Assembly: GCF_002105155.1 (NCBI RefSeq)
Contig: NW_019028981.1
Location: 186,001-250,000, forward strand
Direction: 5' to 3'
Origin: Lobosporangium transversale
Lineage: Eukaryota
Length of the DNA: 64,000 bases
Below, piece by piece: positions 1 through 11,957 of the stretch (position 1 is its first letter; each line of letters begins with the position of its first letter). The translations under genes and the position numbers were made by a program. Below the pieces are notes generated by a model that saw nothing but the letters and a program-made list of their open reading frames with translations, searched no databases and was not told where the DNA came from.

Positions 1-2065
1 TTATTAGCCCTTGCCCAGCTCAATGCTTGTGGAGTAGAGGAAATGAGTTTTAAGCACACATGTGGAGGGGGCTCAAAAGAGAGAAAGAAGTATCTTTCCA
101 AACATCAGGCAAAGAGAAATATGATGACAGAAGGAAAAAACAATAAGGAGAGCCAGTGCAGGCGCCTCGTTCCGGGTTGGGTGCAGTGAAATAACAAAAA
201 AACAAATGATTGAGCACTTCACCATGCCATGGTGACAATTATTGCACAAATATATACAAACAAACGCAAGCCGGATGTTGGTACCACAAACATTCCATTG
301 CTCTCTTTTTTTTTTTCTTTCTCCCAACTTGTCTTAGAGTTTATGTTGTTGCGCAAGGTACGCATTGTACTCTGGGCCAGCTTGAGATGCGCGCCGGCCA
401 TTGGTTTTCTTTTGATTGTCTTTTTAAGTGACTATGGATAGGGGAGCAAATAATTGGCCGCACGCTTTCCCTTCATTCTTCTCTTTAATTTACTACCTGC
501 CATGAGCCTGTCTACTTTGCGTTCTCAAACCTTATGAGTCTTTGGTAAGCATGAATTGTTCTATAACTGGTTCTATTGTGCGCGTTCAAAACTATTATCA
601 TGGCCACTCTACCAAGATGATTATGTTTTATAGTTGCATGTTTTTTATTATCAAGCAATTTATAATCCTCTAGGAGGGTTGTTTGTCTCTTTATTCCAAG
701 GATAGGTGGACATGGGTAACAGACGGTCATTTGTTATTATTTTAATGCAACTTCGTTTTTGAAGGGGACACAAACCCAGATTATTGTGTACATATACATA
801 CTGCATGTACATCTTTTCCTTTTTGTTTGCATGGGAGTCGCCATACTGGAATGATCCACTTCTTGTGCCTTTGAATTTTGTTGTTGTTGTTAATGTCTCA
901 TTTTCTTTCTGAGTAAAAATTATTTCTAAGCATGTATTCTTGGTGTTACCACATTATGCTGTTTTACTTGCTCTCTATTCAATCTTGCACAATCGTATAA
1001 ATGCTATGAATGAGGGGCAAAAAATAATAAATATATAATAAGCGAGTATGCTCTGAGGAAGAAGTAGAGATCCAGAACTGCGGACACCACTTTTTTCTAT
1101 GAACCTACAGGTCTTTTCATAGGGGTGTCTACATACGGTTGAGCACTTTAAAGGGTTTTTGTGGAGTTAGAGCTCAAAGGGAGGAGGCTCTTGAGAGACT
1201 TGTGGAGAAAAAAGTTCTTCATAATGCGACCCTACTCCACAATCGTCCAATCCGAGAATCTGTTTTTTGCTTTCGCATGCGTAATAGCACTTTACATGTA
1301 CTTTGAGATGTTCATCCTTCCTTCCAAAAAACCGGAAAGGAAGAAGAGTTGGCGTCTTATAATCATACTGTACTTTTCTATTTTCTTTTTCTCCACATAA
1401 TTCAGGATTACAAGTCTGTGGACAGTGTACAAACAAAAGCCCAAACACATGACATCTCTTCGCGATGTTCGCGCCACGACTGTTTACATTCCTTTCTCAT
1501 TACCATGTGTTGGAGCAACACAGAACATTAACGGTCCCTCCCAATGTATTACCTTGTTTTCCCCTAATAACAAGCCTCGAGGCCATTTAACCCCTTGATC
1601 TGGTATGTGCTTTATCTCGTGAAAAATCATATTGCGTCTGAATCATCATTTATCATTCACAAACCTGATCGGATAATGTTATTCATGTCCAACATGCATT
1701 AATGCAGTGTGTGGATTATTTGTTTCACGAACTTGAGAGACATCAATGCTTTTTTGTCTTTCCAGCTGACAAAAAAAAAAAGAAATGGAAATTATTGAAA
1801 AATAGCCAATATTGATCTTATGTATATCATCTAGATATGGTACATGTATACAGGTAACATGGCTTCTGCATTTGCTCTTTATTAAAATCAATGATGTTCC
1901 CATTCGGACAAAGGAGGATTTAAATTCTAGAGAAACATGGCGTGGCTTAGCTTGTCGAATTGTTTAGTTTTTACCAAAAAAAAAAAAAAAAAAAAAAAAA
2001 GCAGGCTTTAAACAAGTTGCAATTGCATTCCTCATTAGAACATATTCATTAGGTACTCATTCACA

Positions 2066-4107
2066 ATGGCAAGGAACGCAGGAAAACCAAAGACTACAAA
2101 GCTCCAGAAATTAGAGAAGAAAGCACTTGAATACTCAGATCCTGAGCTAGAGCAACTCTCACAGGACGAGAACGAATCTGATGAAAATGATAATGAAAGT
2201 TTCGAAGAGTTGGAAGACGACGAGGAAGAGACTGGAGACCAGACGGTGAGCAGTGATAGTGACAACGAGTCCGGAGAGGGTGAAGCAAAGGCTGTAGATG
2301 GAAAAGCTGAGGACGAGGATGAGGATGAGCAATTCGTATCCAACCTGTCATTTTCGCAACTTGGACTGGCTTCTTGGCTTGTAAATGCCTTAAAAGCCAT
2401 GTCTATTACCTCTCCATCTGAGATCCAGACAAAGTGTATTCCTGAGATCCTCAAAGGTAGGGATGTCATTGGTGGTGCAAAAACTGGATCCGGTAAAACG
2501 GCTGCCTTTGCCTTACCCATTTTACAAAAGCTTTCTGAGGATCCATATGGTGTTTTTGCTGTTATTCTAACTCCTACGAGGTAAAGTAAAGGAGACAACT
2601 TTGAGCGGGTTTTACTTGAAGCTGCATAACAATCCTATTTAACCTTCTCTTTTTTAATTGTCCACAGAGAGTTAGCGTTTCAGATCGCAGAGCAGTTCAA
2701 AGTTCTTGGAAAGTCAATCAACCTCAAGGATGTGGTGATTGTAGGAGGACTTGACATGATGACACAGGCGATCGCTCTTTCTAAGCGCCCACATATTATT
2801 ATCGCTACACCAGGTCGTCTCCGTGATCACATTAATTCTTCCAAGGACGCTATGCATTTATCTAAAGTCAAATTTTTGGTCCTGGACGAGGCAGATCGAT
2901 TGTTGACAGACACATTCGCAGATGATCTAGGAGGCATTCTCGAAGTATTACCCAAGAAGCGTCAAACATTACTTTTTACGGCTACCATGACAGATGCTGT
3001 TCTAGAACTTTCAAAACCCAACCCTGAAGATTCACCATCACCATCAACACCAGCTAAACCCTTACCTTTTGTTTATCAATGCAAGAACACAGTCTCGACA
3101 GTATCAACGTTAACTCAATCCTACATCTTTATACCATCACACCTTCGTGAGACCTATCTTACATATTTGCTCCGCTCAGAGGATTTTGTAAAGAAATCGA
3201 CAATTATCTTTTGCGGGCGCTGTAGGACAGCAGAAACACTTAGAGTCATGTTGAGGGAACTAGGAATAGCGTGCACTGCATTGCATTCTGAGATGTCACA
3301 GCAAGAGCGCCTCAACTCATTGGCAAAATTCAGGGGCGCCATCACCACAGTCCTCATTGCTACAGATGTCGGTTCTCGGTACGCTGTTTTGGAAGAAAAT
3401 CAGTTGATCTTTTCCTTATAAGGGTCAATTTATATATATTGTATTCTGTTTGATCATGTTGCTTACAAGGCTTTATATGATTTACCTGAATAGTGGTCTT
3501 GATATCCCTAGCGTACAGTTGGTTTTGAACTATGATATTCCGCGCGATCCTACAGATTACATTCATAGAGTGGGCCGTACTGCTCGTGCTGGAAGAGGAG
3601 GACAGGCGATTTCGATTGTGTCAGAGCGGGATATTGAATTGATTCAAGATATTGAGTCTAGGATAAGTATGTCATCATTATTGCTTCGCCTCTGTCAATT
3701 TAATGATGTGCCTCTCTTTCCAATATCTATTAAAATATATCTCTAATGTTGTTTTTCTGGCTAAACTGTTTCTTATACCCCCAATAGACAAGACCATGGG
3801 CGAATATCCAATTCCCGAGAACAAAGCGCTAGAGGTTTTGAACGAAGTCACATCAGCAAAAAGAGCAGCCAACATGGTAAAAACGAGATATTCGCTCTTT
3901 TAGATCTAAGGTTTAATTTCCCTTTGCAACGTATTTCCTCGCTAACGGTATAATTTTTTTTTTTTTTTTTTTTTTTTTTTTCCCTTTCACTCTTAGACAC
4001 TTCATGATAGTCAGTTTGGGGAAAAGAAGAGAATCCAAAAGCAAAAGAGACAAATCTTGGAGAATGCTCGAAATGGATCCAAGAAGCGAAAACTGAGCTC
4101 AAAATAA
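2066..4107 (+). CDS. DBP8: DEAD-box RNA helicase Dbp8/DDX49 (18S rRNA processing); about 5 exons (2066-2580, 2668-3378, 3494-3666, 3788-3876, 3997-4107)
   Basis: Motifs [47 protein letters not shown] and [15 protein letters not shown] introns join the ORF pieces in frame. Confidence 0.9.
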
Positions 4108-4153
4108 TACTTAATAAACTAATATAAACACATTTGCATACATATCATTGACA

Positions 4154-4185
<32 letters not shown>

Positions 4186-4513
4186 GGTACAAAAGAACGA
4201 CAAATGGAAAAGGAACTGAACAAAAAAATGAAGTGTCTATATAACAAGTTCGGAATTGAGTAAAGAAGTTGAAGACAATAACAAGAAAAAGCAAAAACAA
4301 AACGTCTATTTTGTCTAATCCAATATGATGGTGCATAATCGAATCATATTTGTTACCCGATCCAGATTTTCCGATCTTTTATCCAATATAACGATAACCT
4401 TCCCAGATATTACGTTGCTAGACCAAATACTGAATACTAAATGTCGAATTATCCTTGTCTTTACTTTCCCTCTTGCCAATCTCCTCCAATGCTCCGTTTA
4501 CATACTAATTTTT

Positions 4514-5051
4514 TTAAAATCCAGGTGGAACAATACCGCCAGCCTGCTTCTTCTGTTGACTGGAGGGTTGAGAGAGCATCTACGGAGTTGTATCAATAGA
4601 ATATTACTTAGCGCAATTTGAATTACGTCCTCTCGTTCTCAGGAGAGTGGGAAAAAAAATCCTTCTCAATGAATATAATTGGAATGCATGTTGTATCTAC
4701 CTGGTTTGACTGTTGCTGCATCTTCTCAATTTCGATCAGACCCTGCTCATGCTCAAGTTCGATCATGAGAGGGAGAACCAGAAGAAGAGCACTTGTGGTG
4801 AGAACCCAAGCCGAGTTTCCAAGAAACTTTGCACCGTACTTGCCCCAGTCGTAGACGGACGAGCATTTGTCAGCGATAGATTTTCGAGTCTTGGGAGGAA
4901 TGACGTCCTGAAGGGCCCAGACACGATCAAGGATCGACTCAATGTTGTCGACATCGCCTTCATCGTCGTCAGACGAATAGACAGAAGAGGAATCAGAATC
5001 AGTATACTCCTCCTCAACGTGATCGAGCGAGACTTCTTCTAGTTTGACCAT
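4514..5051 (-). CDS. TOM22: Mitochondrial import receptor Tom22; 2 exons (5051-4701, 4579-4514)
   Basis: MVKLEEV start, acidic N-terminus, ESILDRVWALQDVIPP, and the TM segment AWVLTTSALLLVLPLMIELE are typical of Tom22. Confidence 0.9.
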
Positions 5052-5448
5052 GGTGATTTTATAAGGAAGAAGAATAGAAGGTGTGTGAGAAATGAATGAC
5101 TCTCCGGCAACTAATGAATTACCCATGTCTTTACAAACAATTCCAAGCCACTTACCATAACTTTGAGTAGATGCCTGACTGCTTTATCTAGCGCGTTTTT
5201 TTTTTTTCTTTCTAGTTTATGTGGTTACTTTGATAACTGACCTTCCTTCCTCTAATTTTCCTTTCCTTATTCTCCTCCCATTCCTCTTACCTCCGCCTGT
5301 CTTGTCAGCGTATCCGCCCGCTGCCTTGCTTGTGCGCTACATCAAACACATTGTCGCATTTCTTTATTTTGTTTTATTTTTAATTTTTAAAGGACACCTA
5401 CGCTCATTACTCTTCAAGACTGAACACCTTAATTCTAAAACAGCATCC

Positions 5449-6421
5449 ATGAGCAACGACGCGCCAAAGACAGGCCCTACAATAGAGGCAGTTATTTCTG
5501 GACCAGAGTTAGCCAAAATCGCTGATCCGAATCCGAATGCTGTCAGTGCATCTCCAAACCAAGGAATAGAGGCTACTACAACTACGACTACTACAACTAT
5601 TCAGGACGCAAACGTTCCATATGCTAATAGTGATAATTTTTTGACGAGCCCTAACAATACCACTTCAATACCAATTGGGACTGCAATCCCAAACGGAGAA
5701 ACCCCTGCAACACAATCTTCAACAATAATAGCCCAGGATGCAAATATAATTGATCATCAGCCTACAGCCTCATCTATTCAAACTTCAATATCTCAGCCTA
5801 CTTCAATATCGAACCCTCCCAATGTCATTACTCAAGATACACTAGTTCAAGCTGTCGGATCAACAGCAAGGGATAATGGAGGTAATCTCATCCTCATGGA
5901 GAATAGGACTGTATGGCGCGGCATCATATAGAGGGAATTCCACCATCATATTTTCGGCATGGAATTTTAACCGAACAATCTACGACCCCTTTTATTTTAT
6001 TTATACTTAATTTCATTTGCCAGGAACTGAACCCAGATCAACAGATGCTATTTCACATACCAATGCCTCAGGACAGGAAGGACCCACAGCAGAGCCTGTG
6101 CCGATCTTAGTTAAAGATCACTTAGTTGATCCTTCGAGCGCTGAACAGACCCGATCACATCAAAAGCCAATTGGTCCATGGCAAGACGTAATGATCAGTA
6201 TGCTTAATGAGGTAGGATCGAGGGAGCCTTTTGAATGCGATGTGGATAGATTTGAATTGGACCATTCATTCATGTGTCATGTCATATTTTCTTTTCATAG
6301 CTTGGTCTTATCCAAACAAGTCGAATGATGGCTGCGGAAGAGTTGGTATTATCGAGGACGCAAAGCGAGAACGCAATTGGGATCATTCAAAAATTCACAA
6401 AGCTTTTGCAGGTGCGGGTTG

Positions 6422-6459
<38 letters not shown>

Positions 6460-8956
6460 CAAGTTCGGAAACTTCTTGATTGAAGCTTTCTTTAATAATT
6501 GATGACACATCGGGGATCATATGGTCTTTTTATTCTATATAGGATTCAATTGCAGGGACTGATAAATCAACAGATATGGAGCGGGACAATGGACCTGAAT
6601 CGAGCAAGCGACAAACTTTTGAATCTATGGATGTTGACCTTGAATCCCTTGAATCTATTAAGCGGAGGCGAGTTGATGATATTAATAGCAACATTCAAGA
6701 GAATGCAACACGAGACGGGATAGAAGAGCGGATGGCACAATTTATTGCCACTAAGCGTGAACAGATCAACATGAGCAATCGTCAAGAATTCATTAAGGGA
6801 CGGACACATGACGAAAGATCTGAATCGCAAGATTCATATGATGATGGCTGTGCCAGAGTAGATGCCCGGAAGCTCAATAGGACCATTCAAATGAGACTGG
6901 AAACCGTCAAAAACGAAGCCTTGACAAAAACGAACCCTAAATCACACACGCAGCTTAGCGATGTGAATACGACTACTAATGGACTAGATGAGCGCCTCCG
7001 CAACATTCAACTTCACCTCAACCTTCGAATTGGTAAGATTTGCAATAGAAGAGATTCAAGTTTTGCTCCAAGAACTATTTTAGGATTTGTCTTTATTAAC
7101 GTCAATCTATGATCATTCTATTTCTCTCTTTTTTATTTTTATTTTTTTATTTTTATTTTTATTTTTATTTCTTTTAAGCTGCTGTACCTGCATGTACTAT
7201 CGCGGAGCGCATTCGGATTGTTGAGGATGTCATTATCCAGTTGGAGAGGGATTATCCATTATGGGCTGCTTTACATTTTAATCAGCCTAACAGAGTTGTA
7301 AGCCTGAAAGCTCTCAAATGTCCTTTTTTATATTTATATATCCCTGGCGGCTGCATGGCTTCATCTCATAGTATTAATGTAATGAATGGATGAACCCTTT
7401 CAAATCCCATCTAGTTCCCACCACCTCCATCTGTGACAACAGTTAGTAGGAATGCAAAGAATCAGATTGTCATTACAGGAGATCACCTTCACACCACTAT
7501 AGTCGATCAAGGTGATCCGATTATGAACCAAGCAGGAATAGGCCAATACTCATCGGGAAGCATACCATCACCAGTGATGGGCGCTCACGTAGGATCGTCT
7601 CAGCTTTATGGAGCTACAGATATTAATTCTCGAGTGGGACAGGGTACAATGCAAACAGTGGGTCATGGTAGAGGTGGTGCTCTGGCTGGACCAGGCAAAA
7701 CTGCTACGCCCACTGCGCCCGGCACAGGCGGATCAGCAACAGTCATCAAACTCAAGCGTCATGGAGGTGCTGGCTCCTCCTCATTAGCTAGAGCTGTCCA
7801 GCAACAATTGGCGCAGCGGAAAGCCAATGCAGCAGCAGGCGGTTATACGATTGATGAAACAAAGAATCAAGGATCAATGTCAACGTTCAAGGTTACACCT
7901 GTATCAGATAGTGCATCAAATCTTTCGAAGACAGGACCCAATAACTCGCTTTCTTCAGCAATGGACTTTTCGGATCCATTGAAACCAGGGGTAACGGGAA
8001 GAGGACCTATTAAATCACGAAGGAAATCTATTGCTAAAGGCTTAGATTCGATATCTGCATCGCATAACCAACCAGGAAGCATCCTTGGCACTGATCCTAA
8101 CACAGCAGTCGCAGGCAGCTCCACAGATGCTCAAGTATCTGACATATCATCTGCATCACTGGGTTCTTTTGTTATACCAAAACCGAAGCCAATCGCGCCC
8201 AAAAAGCCTCGGAAAAAGAAGGTTGAGGATAACGGCGATGAATCTTTAGCAGGGGCTGGGAGCCGCACCGCAGGAGTGGGTCGCGGCAAAGGAGGCTTCG
8301 GATTGGGTAAGGGCAAAGGAGGAGGGCGATCTAGTATGGGTCTAGGACTAGGTAAGGGTAAGGGTGGCGCTTATCGTCAAGAATTACTCCGACGTGCTGA
8401 AGTGGAGGATTTTGATAATGAGAGTGAGGAGGGCGCCGATGACGATGACGACACTAATGTTAACGCTACCACAAGAAGTGCACCCTATAATTCGGGTAAC
8501 GGAGCACTTGGGTCAAGCAACACGATGTATATGAACGACAACTCTGCACTTGCTCAATTGGTCAGCAGTGCTTTGCAGGATCAAGCTAATATGGTAGCAC
8601 AGGCGCAGTTACAAAAACAGCAACAGCAACAGCAACAGCAGCAGCAGCAACAGCAGCAGCAACAACAGCAACAACAGCAGCAGCAGCAGCAACAGCAGCA
8701 GAGCCCACAACAGGAGAAGCAGCAACAAACAAACCAGACAACCAAAGCCAAGAAGCAGCCAAAGAAAGCATCCGCTCCAGCTAAACCGCCGCCAGTACGT
8801 AAATTTGGTGGCAAAAGCTTTGGGATTGCAGGTGGTGAAAGTTCTGGCAGTAGTAGTAATGAAAGTAGTGATGGCGAAGGTAGTAGTGGCTCACAGAGTG
8901 ATTCGTCATCATCGGGCGGTAGCGTTAGTGGGTCTGACCCTGGTGACTCTGACTAA
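5449..8956 (+). CDS. MBIP-like protein (MAP3K12-binding inhibitory protein / ATAC subunit homolog) with long low-complexity extensions; multi-exon
   Basis: ERMAQFIATKREQINMSNRQEF, GCARVDA, LDERLRNIQLHL and IAERIRIVEDVIIQLERDYP parallel the conserved MBIP C-terminal blocks. Basic NLS PKKPRKKK, polyQ tract, acidic/Ser C-terminus. Confidence 0.7.
8618..8701 (+). repeat. CAG/CAA trinucleotide repeat encoding about 28 Gln
   Basis: Read directly from the sequence; in frame with ORF 7433-8956. Confidence 0.95.
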
Positions 8957-9181
8957 CTATCAGCCAGAATACCAGAATAGACGACAAAAATTATAAAAAT
9001 ACCAATTAATTTAACGATGTGAAAGAACGCAACTTTGAAAATTTGTAACGGATGCGATAAGTCCATCGACCAACACGCTCCGTCATCTTTTTTTTTTTTT
9101 TTTTTTTTTTACTTTTTAAGCTCATTAGAACCAACCTTCTCCTCTTTTGCACCGGTGGTGAGGATTTCTGGTGCGCCTCAT

Positions 9182-9218
<37 letters not shown>

Positions 9219-9472
9219 GCACCGCGGTGCAAGATTAACTGGTGAAGATCACTGCACGGTAACGATGCATTCTCTGATGTCTGGAATGACATGCTATTGT
9301 TTTTTATGTTTTTCACTTATTTGTTTATTTTGCACACGCCATGTGGAGAAAGAAACTCGCCCAGTTTCACAAGGTAAAAGCTTAAACTGCTCTCTTGTAT
9401 ACAGTTTTGTGCTAGCTTGTCAACAGCAACCTATTTGCAAAGTCAATAGTTTCTTCGTCTTTCATTTTGTAG

Positions 9473-10010
9473 CCATTTTGCGCTGGTAGTCAAGGACCTT
9501 GCTGTAGAATATGGTATCGACTTGTTTGTGAAGCCTCTATTGGACATATCTTTTTGCAAGGGCGCCATCAGGGTTATCTCAGTCACGGCTGTTACTGGGG
9601 TATTTGTATCATTTACCTCAGCTTCCGAAGACGTTGACAATGAGCAGGAAGGAGCGACGTCTTGAGGTTAAAATTTTCCCATTGATATGACGAACAGTAA
9701 TCTAGTCTTGAGACTATTGCGGCCATTGGTGAATCAATGGAGGGAGGGATTGTAAAGGATTCAGAAGTCAACGAGGCTATGATGGTTGGGCTGAAGGAGG
9801 AGGTTAGGAAAAATGAGGACAAGCAAGTTTGACGCAGAAAAAGAAGTCGCCGGCGAAAAGGCTATTGGCTTCGAACACCGAGTTGAGGGCCCTGAACCCG
9901 AAGATGAGACACCAAGGGTTCGAAAGAGATATAGAAGTCTCGTTGCTACCACAGCAGTAGGTCTTGTTGCTGCTGTCATCATTCCTCGGATCATGCATTA
10001 TTTTCCGTAA
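9473..10010 (+). pseudogene. Probable remnant of a Bqt4-like (APSES/KilA-N plus C-terminal tail anchor) gene
   Basis: After a TAG acceptor at 9472 the frame reads VKDLAVEYGIDLFVKPLLD (like the last APSES helices). An in-frame TGA at 9663 and frameshifts follow, then RVRKRYRSLVATTAVGLVAAVIIPRIMHYFP* (basic patch plus terminal TM). Confidence 0.4.
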
Positions 10011-10049
10011 ACCAGAAAAGCGATGGTAAAAAAAAAAACTTTACATGTA

Positions 10050-11372
10050 CAGTCACATGAAAAAATTATACGGCAAAATAAATTTAGAAAATAATTGACG
10101 CGAAGATAATCATCCTCTCTCTTTCTTTTTCTCATTTTTCACAACAATAACAACTTGAAAAAACCACCATGCCTTTAAATTTGGATATCGAGGATAAAGC
10201 TATCATGGTTGGAATGCATCTTGCGGGAATGAAGGATGCGGAGATCGCGCTGAAACGTAATGTACCAAGATCAACGGTCTACACTATTATTCAAAGATAT
10301 TACAAAAGAGGTACCACCGCTCGCGCCCCCGCCCCAGGACGACCAAGAGCACTGAGTGAAAGAGATATCAGGAGCATAGTGCGCTGCACAAAGAGAGAAA
10401 GGAGAGCCACTCTTAAGGACATCACCAATCAATTGCCGAAGAAAGTGTGCACAAGGACCGTTGCAGAGATATTGCATTCACTGGGTATCTTCAGCCGGAT
10501 CGCGGTTCCAAAACCATACTTAAATGAAGATCATATGAAGAAGCGACTGGCTTTTGCCAAAAAGTACGAGAGTTGGTCCAATGAAGATTGGAGTCGGGTA
10601 GTTTGGACTGATGAATCGTCATTTGAAGTTGGCGAGAATTTCCGTAAGATAAGAGTTTGGCGTACGGCGGAGGAAAAGTACGACCACGATTGCCTTATAC
10701 CCACTTTCAAGAGTGGTAGAACATCCTTGATGGTCTGGGGGGCATTCACATCAACCAAAAAGTCTCGGTTGGTTATATTTAAACGAGGTCGTAGAGATGG
10801 GCAGTGTTTTGTGGAAGATGTATATAAAGTTGAACTAATCAGGTTTATGGCTGAAGTAGAGGGCGGCATTCTCATGGAGGATAATGCTCCAGTCCATACT
10901 TGTAAGATAGCAAAAGAATGGCGTGAAAATAACAACATCTCTAGGATTCCAGACTGGCCAGCATGTTCTCCGGATATAAACCCCATCGAGCGTGTATGGT
11001 CATTTCTCGCTAATGCACTCGATAAGCGCTCCAGAGGACCAAGAGATCTCCCCAGCCTCGCAGTAGCTCTTACTGAGGAGTGGAATAATTTGCCACAAGA
11101 GAAACTGGCAAGCCTTGTTGATTCCATGCCCAACAGGCTGAAAGAAGTGAGGAAGGCTAAAGGTGGGCACACTCATTATTAAACCCACATAGTACTTTTA
11201 CCTTTCATACAGTATATCCTCAAAACCTCCATAAAGAAACAAAATCGACCTCTTTAACGAATTCTAAAGTTTCATGTTGATTGATAAAGTCTTTGTGTAT
11301 GTTGTCTATGATCTGTTTGTCAAGGGTGCTCAAAAAAAATAGAATTTGCCGTAAAATTTCTTCATGTGACTG
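10050..11372 (+). mobile_element. Full-length Tc1-like DNA transposon (1323 bp)
   Basis: 28-bp TIRs matching 26/28 (10050-10077 CAGTCACATGAAAAAATTATACGGCAAA; 11345-11372). TA target duplications at 10048-49 and 11373-74. Encloses an intact transposase ORF. Confidence 0.95.
10169..11182 (+). CDS. Tc1-family transposase, DD35E, 337 aa, uninterrupted
   Basis: Paired-like HTH with GRPR linker; WTDESSF, MEDNAPVH and SPDINPIE; C-terminal KGGHTHY. Confidence 0.95.
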   Translation: MPLNLDIEDKAIMVGMHLAGMKDAEIALKRNVPRSTVYTIIQRYYKRGTTARAPAPGRPRALSERDIRSIVRCTKRERRATLKDITNQLPKKVCTRTVAEILHSLGIFSRIAVPKPYLNEDHMKKRLAFAKKYESWSNEDWSRVVWTDESSFEVGENFRKIRVWRTAEEKYDHDCLIPTFKSGRTSLMVWGAFTSTKKSRLVIFKRGRRDGQCFVEDVYKVELIRFMAEVEGGILMEDNAPVHTCKIAKEWRENNNISRIPDWPACSPDINPIERVWSFLANALDKRSRGPRDLPSLAVALTEEWNNLPQEKLASLVDSMPNRLKEVRKAKGGHTHY

Positions 11373-11638
11373 TACATAATGAAAGATGAAATATCTTGGC
11401 ACTGGAGTCCGGAGTGCTGTCAAAATAGCTTTAGTATTTTTTATTTTGTTGCATTAGTTTTTCCTCTCTGTCCTGGTTTGCATAATTTCTTTTTGCTTCC
11501 TTTAATTTGCTATGCCTTTTTTTTTATTATTTTTATTTATTGGGCGCTCAAGAAGAAAAAAGAAGATATGGGCCTACATGTGGGTGGAGTAACTTCATAG
11601 TCCGTCTTACGCCAAAACTTTTGGATGGAACAATAGTA

Positions 11639-11824
11639 TAGCCCGTTTCATTTGGTCGCGATACCTTATATTTTTTGAATACTTTCGAGTGTATTGGCAG
11701 CCAATTAGCTCGCTTGTTACGAGTATTGTTGCAAGTCCGTCACGTAGTGAGATGCCACCAGAACAATTCAATCATCGTTTTTAGATTAAAAATATAAGGT
11801 ATCGTGACCAAATAAAATTGGCGA
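11639..11824. mobile_element. MITE / non-autonomous TIR element (about 186 bp)
   Basis: The ends at 11637-11675 and 11788-11826 are inverted repeats matching 34/39, with core ATTTGGTCRCGATACCTTATATTTTT. TA at both outer edges; no ORF. Confidence 0.75.
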
Positions 11825-11957
11825 TAATATCAGACCACAATGTATATGTACAGTACAAAATGCAGCACAACTGTTCTGGACTTGAATTATTTACCCCAAA
11901 GAAAGTTTGTGTTACAGGTTGGCAGAACTACGTCGGAGTCAACTGTCCATTAAAATT

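Noticed and set aside
1..2000. Short ORFs of 60-93 aa in the first 2 kb
   Set aside because: No recognisable motifs, AT-rich composition and no coherent exon chain; treated as intergenic.
9216..9233. Perfect 18-bp palindrome CTTGCACCGCGGTGCAAG after a poly(A) run
   Set aside because: Single occurrence with no associated element ends or recognisable RNA; no function can be supported.
11830..11957. Searched for the distal TIR of the minus-strand Sailor-like copy, which would allow a composite transposon
   Set aside because: No GAGTCCT(C/T)GCCAAAAAG-like sequence is present and homology ends just after the stop codon.
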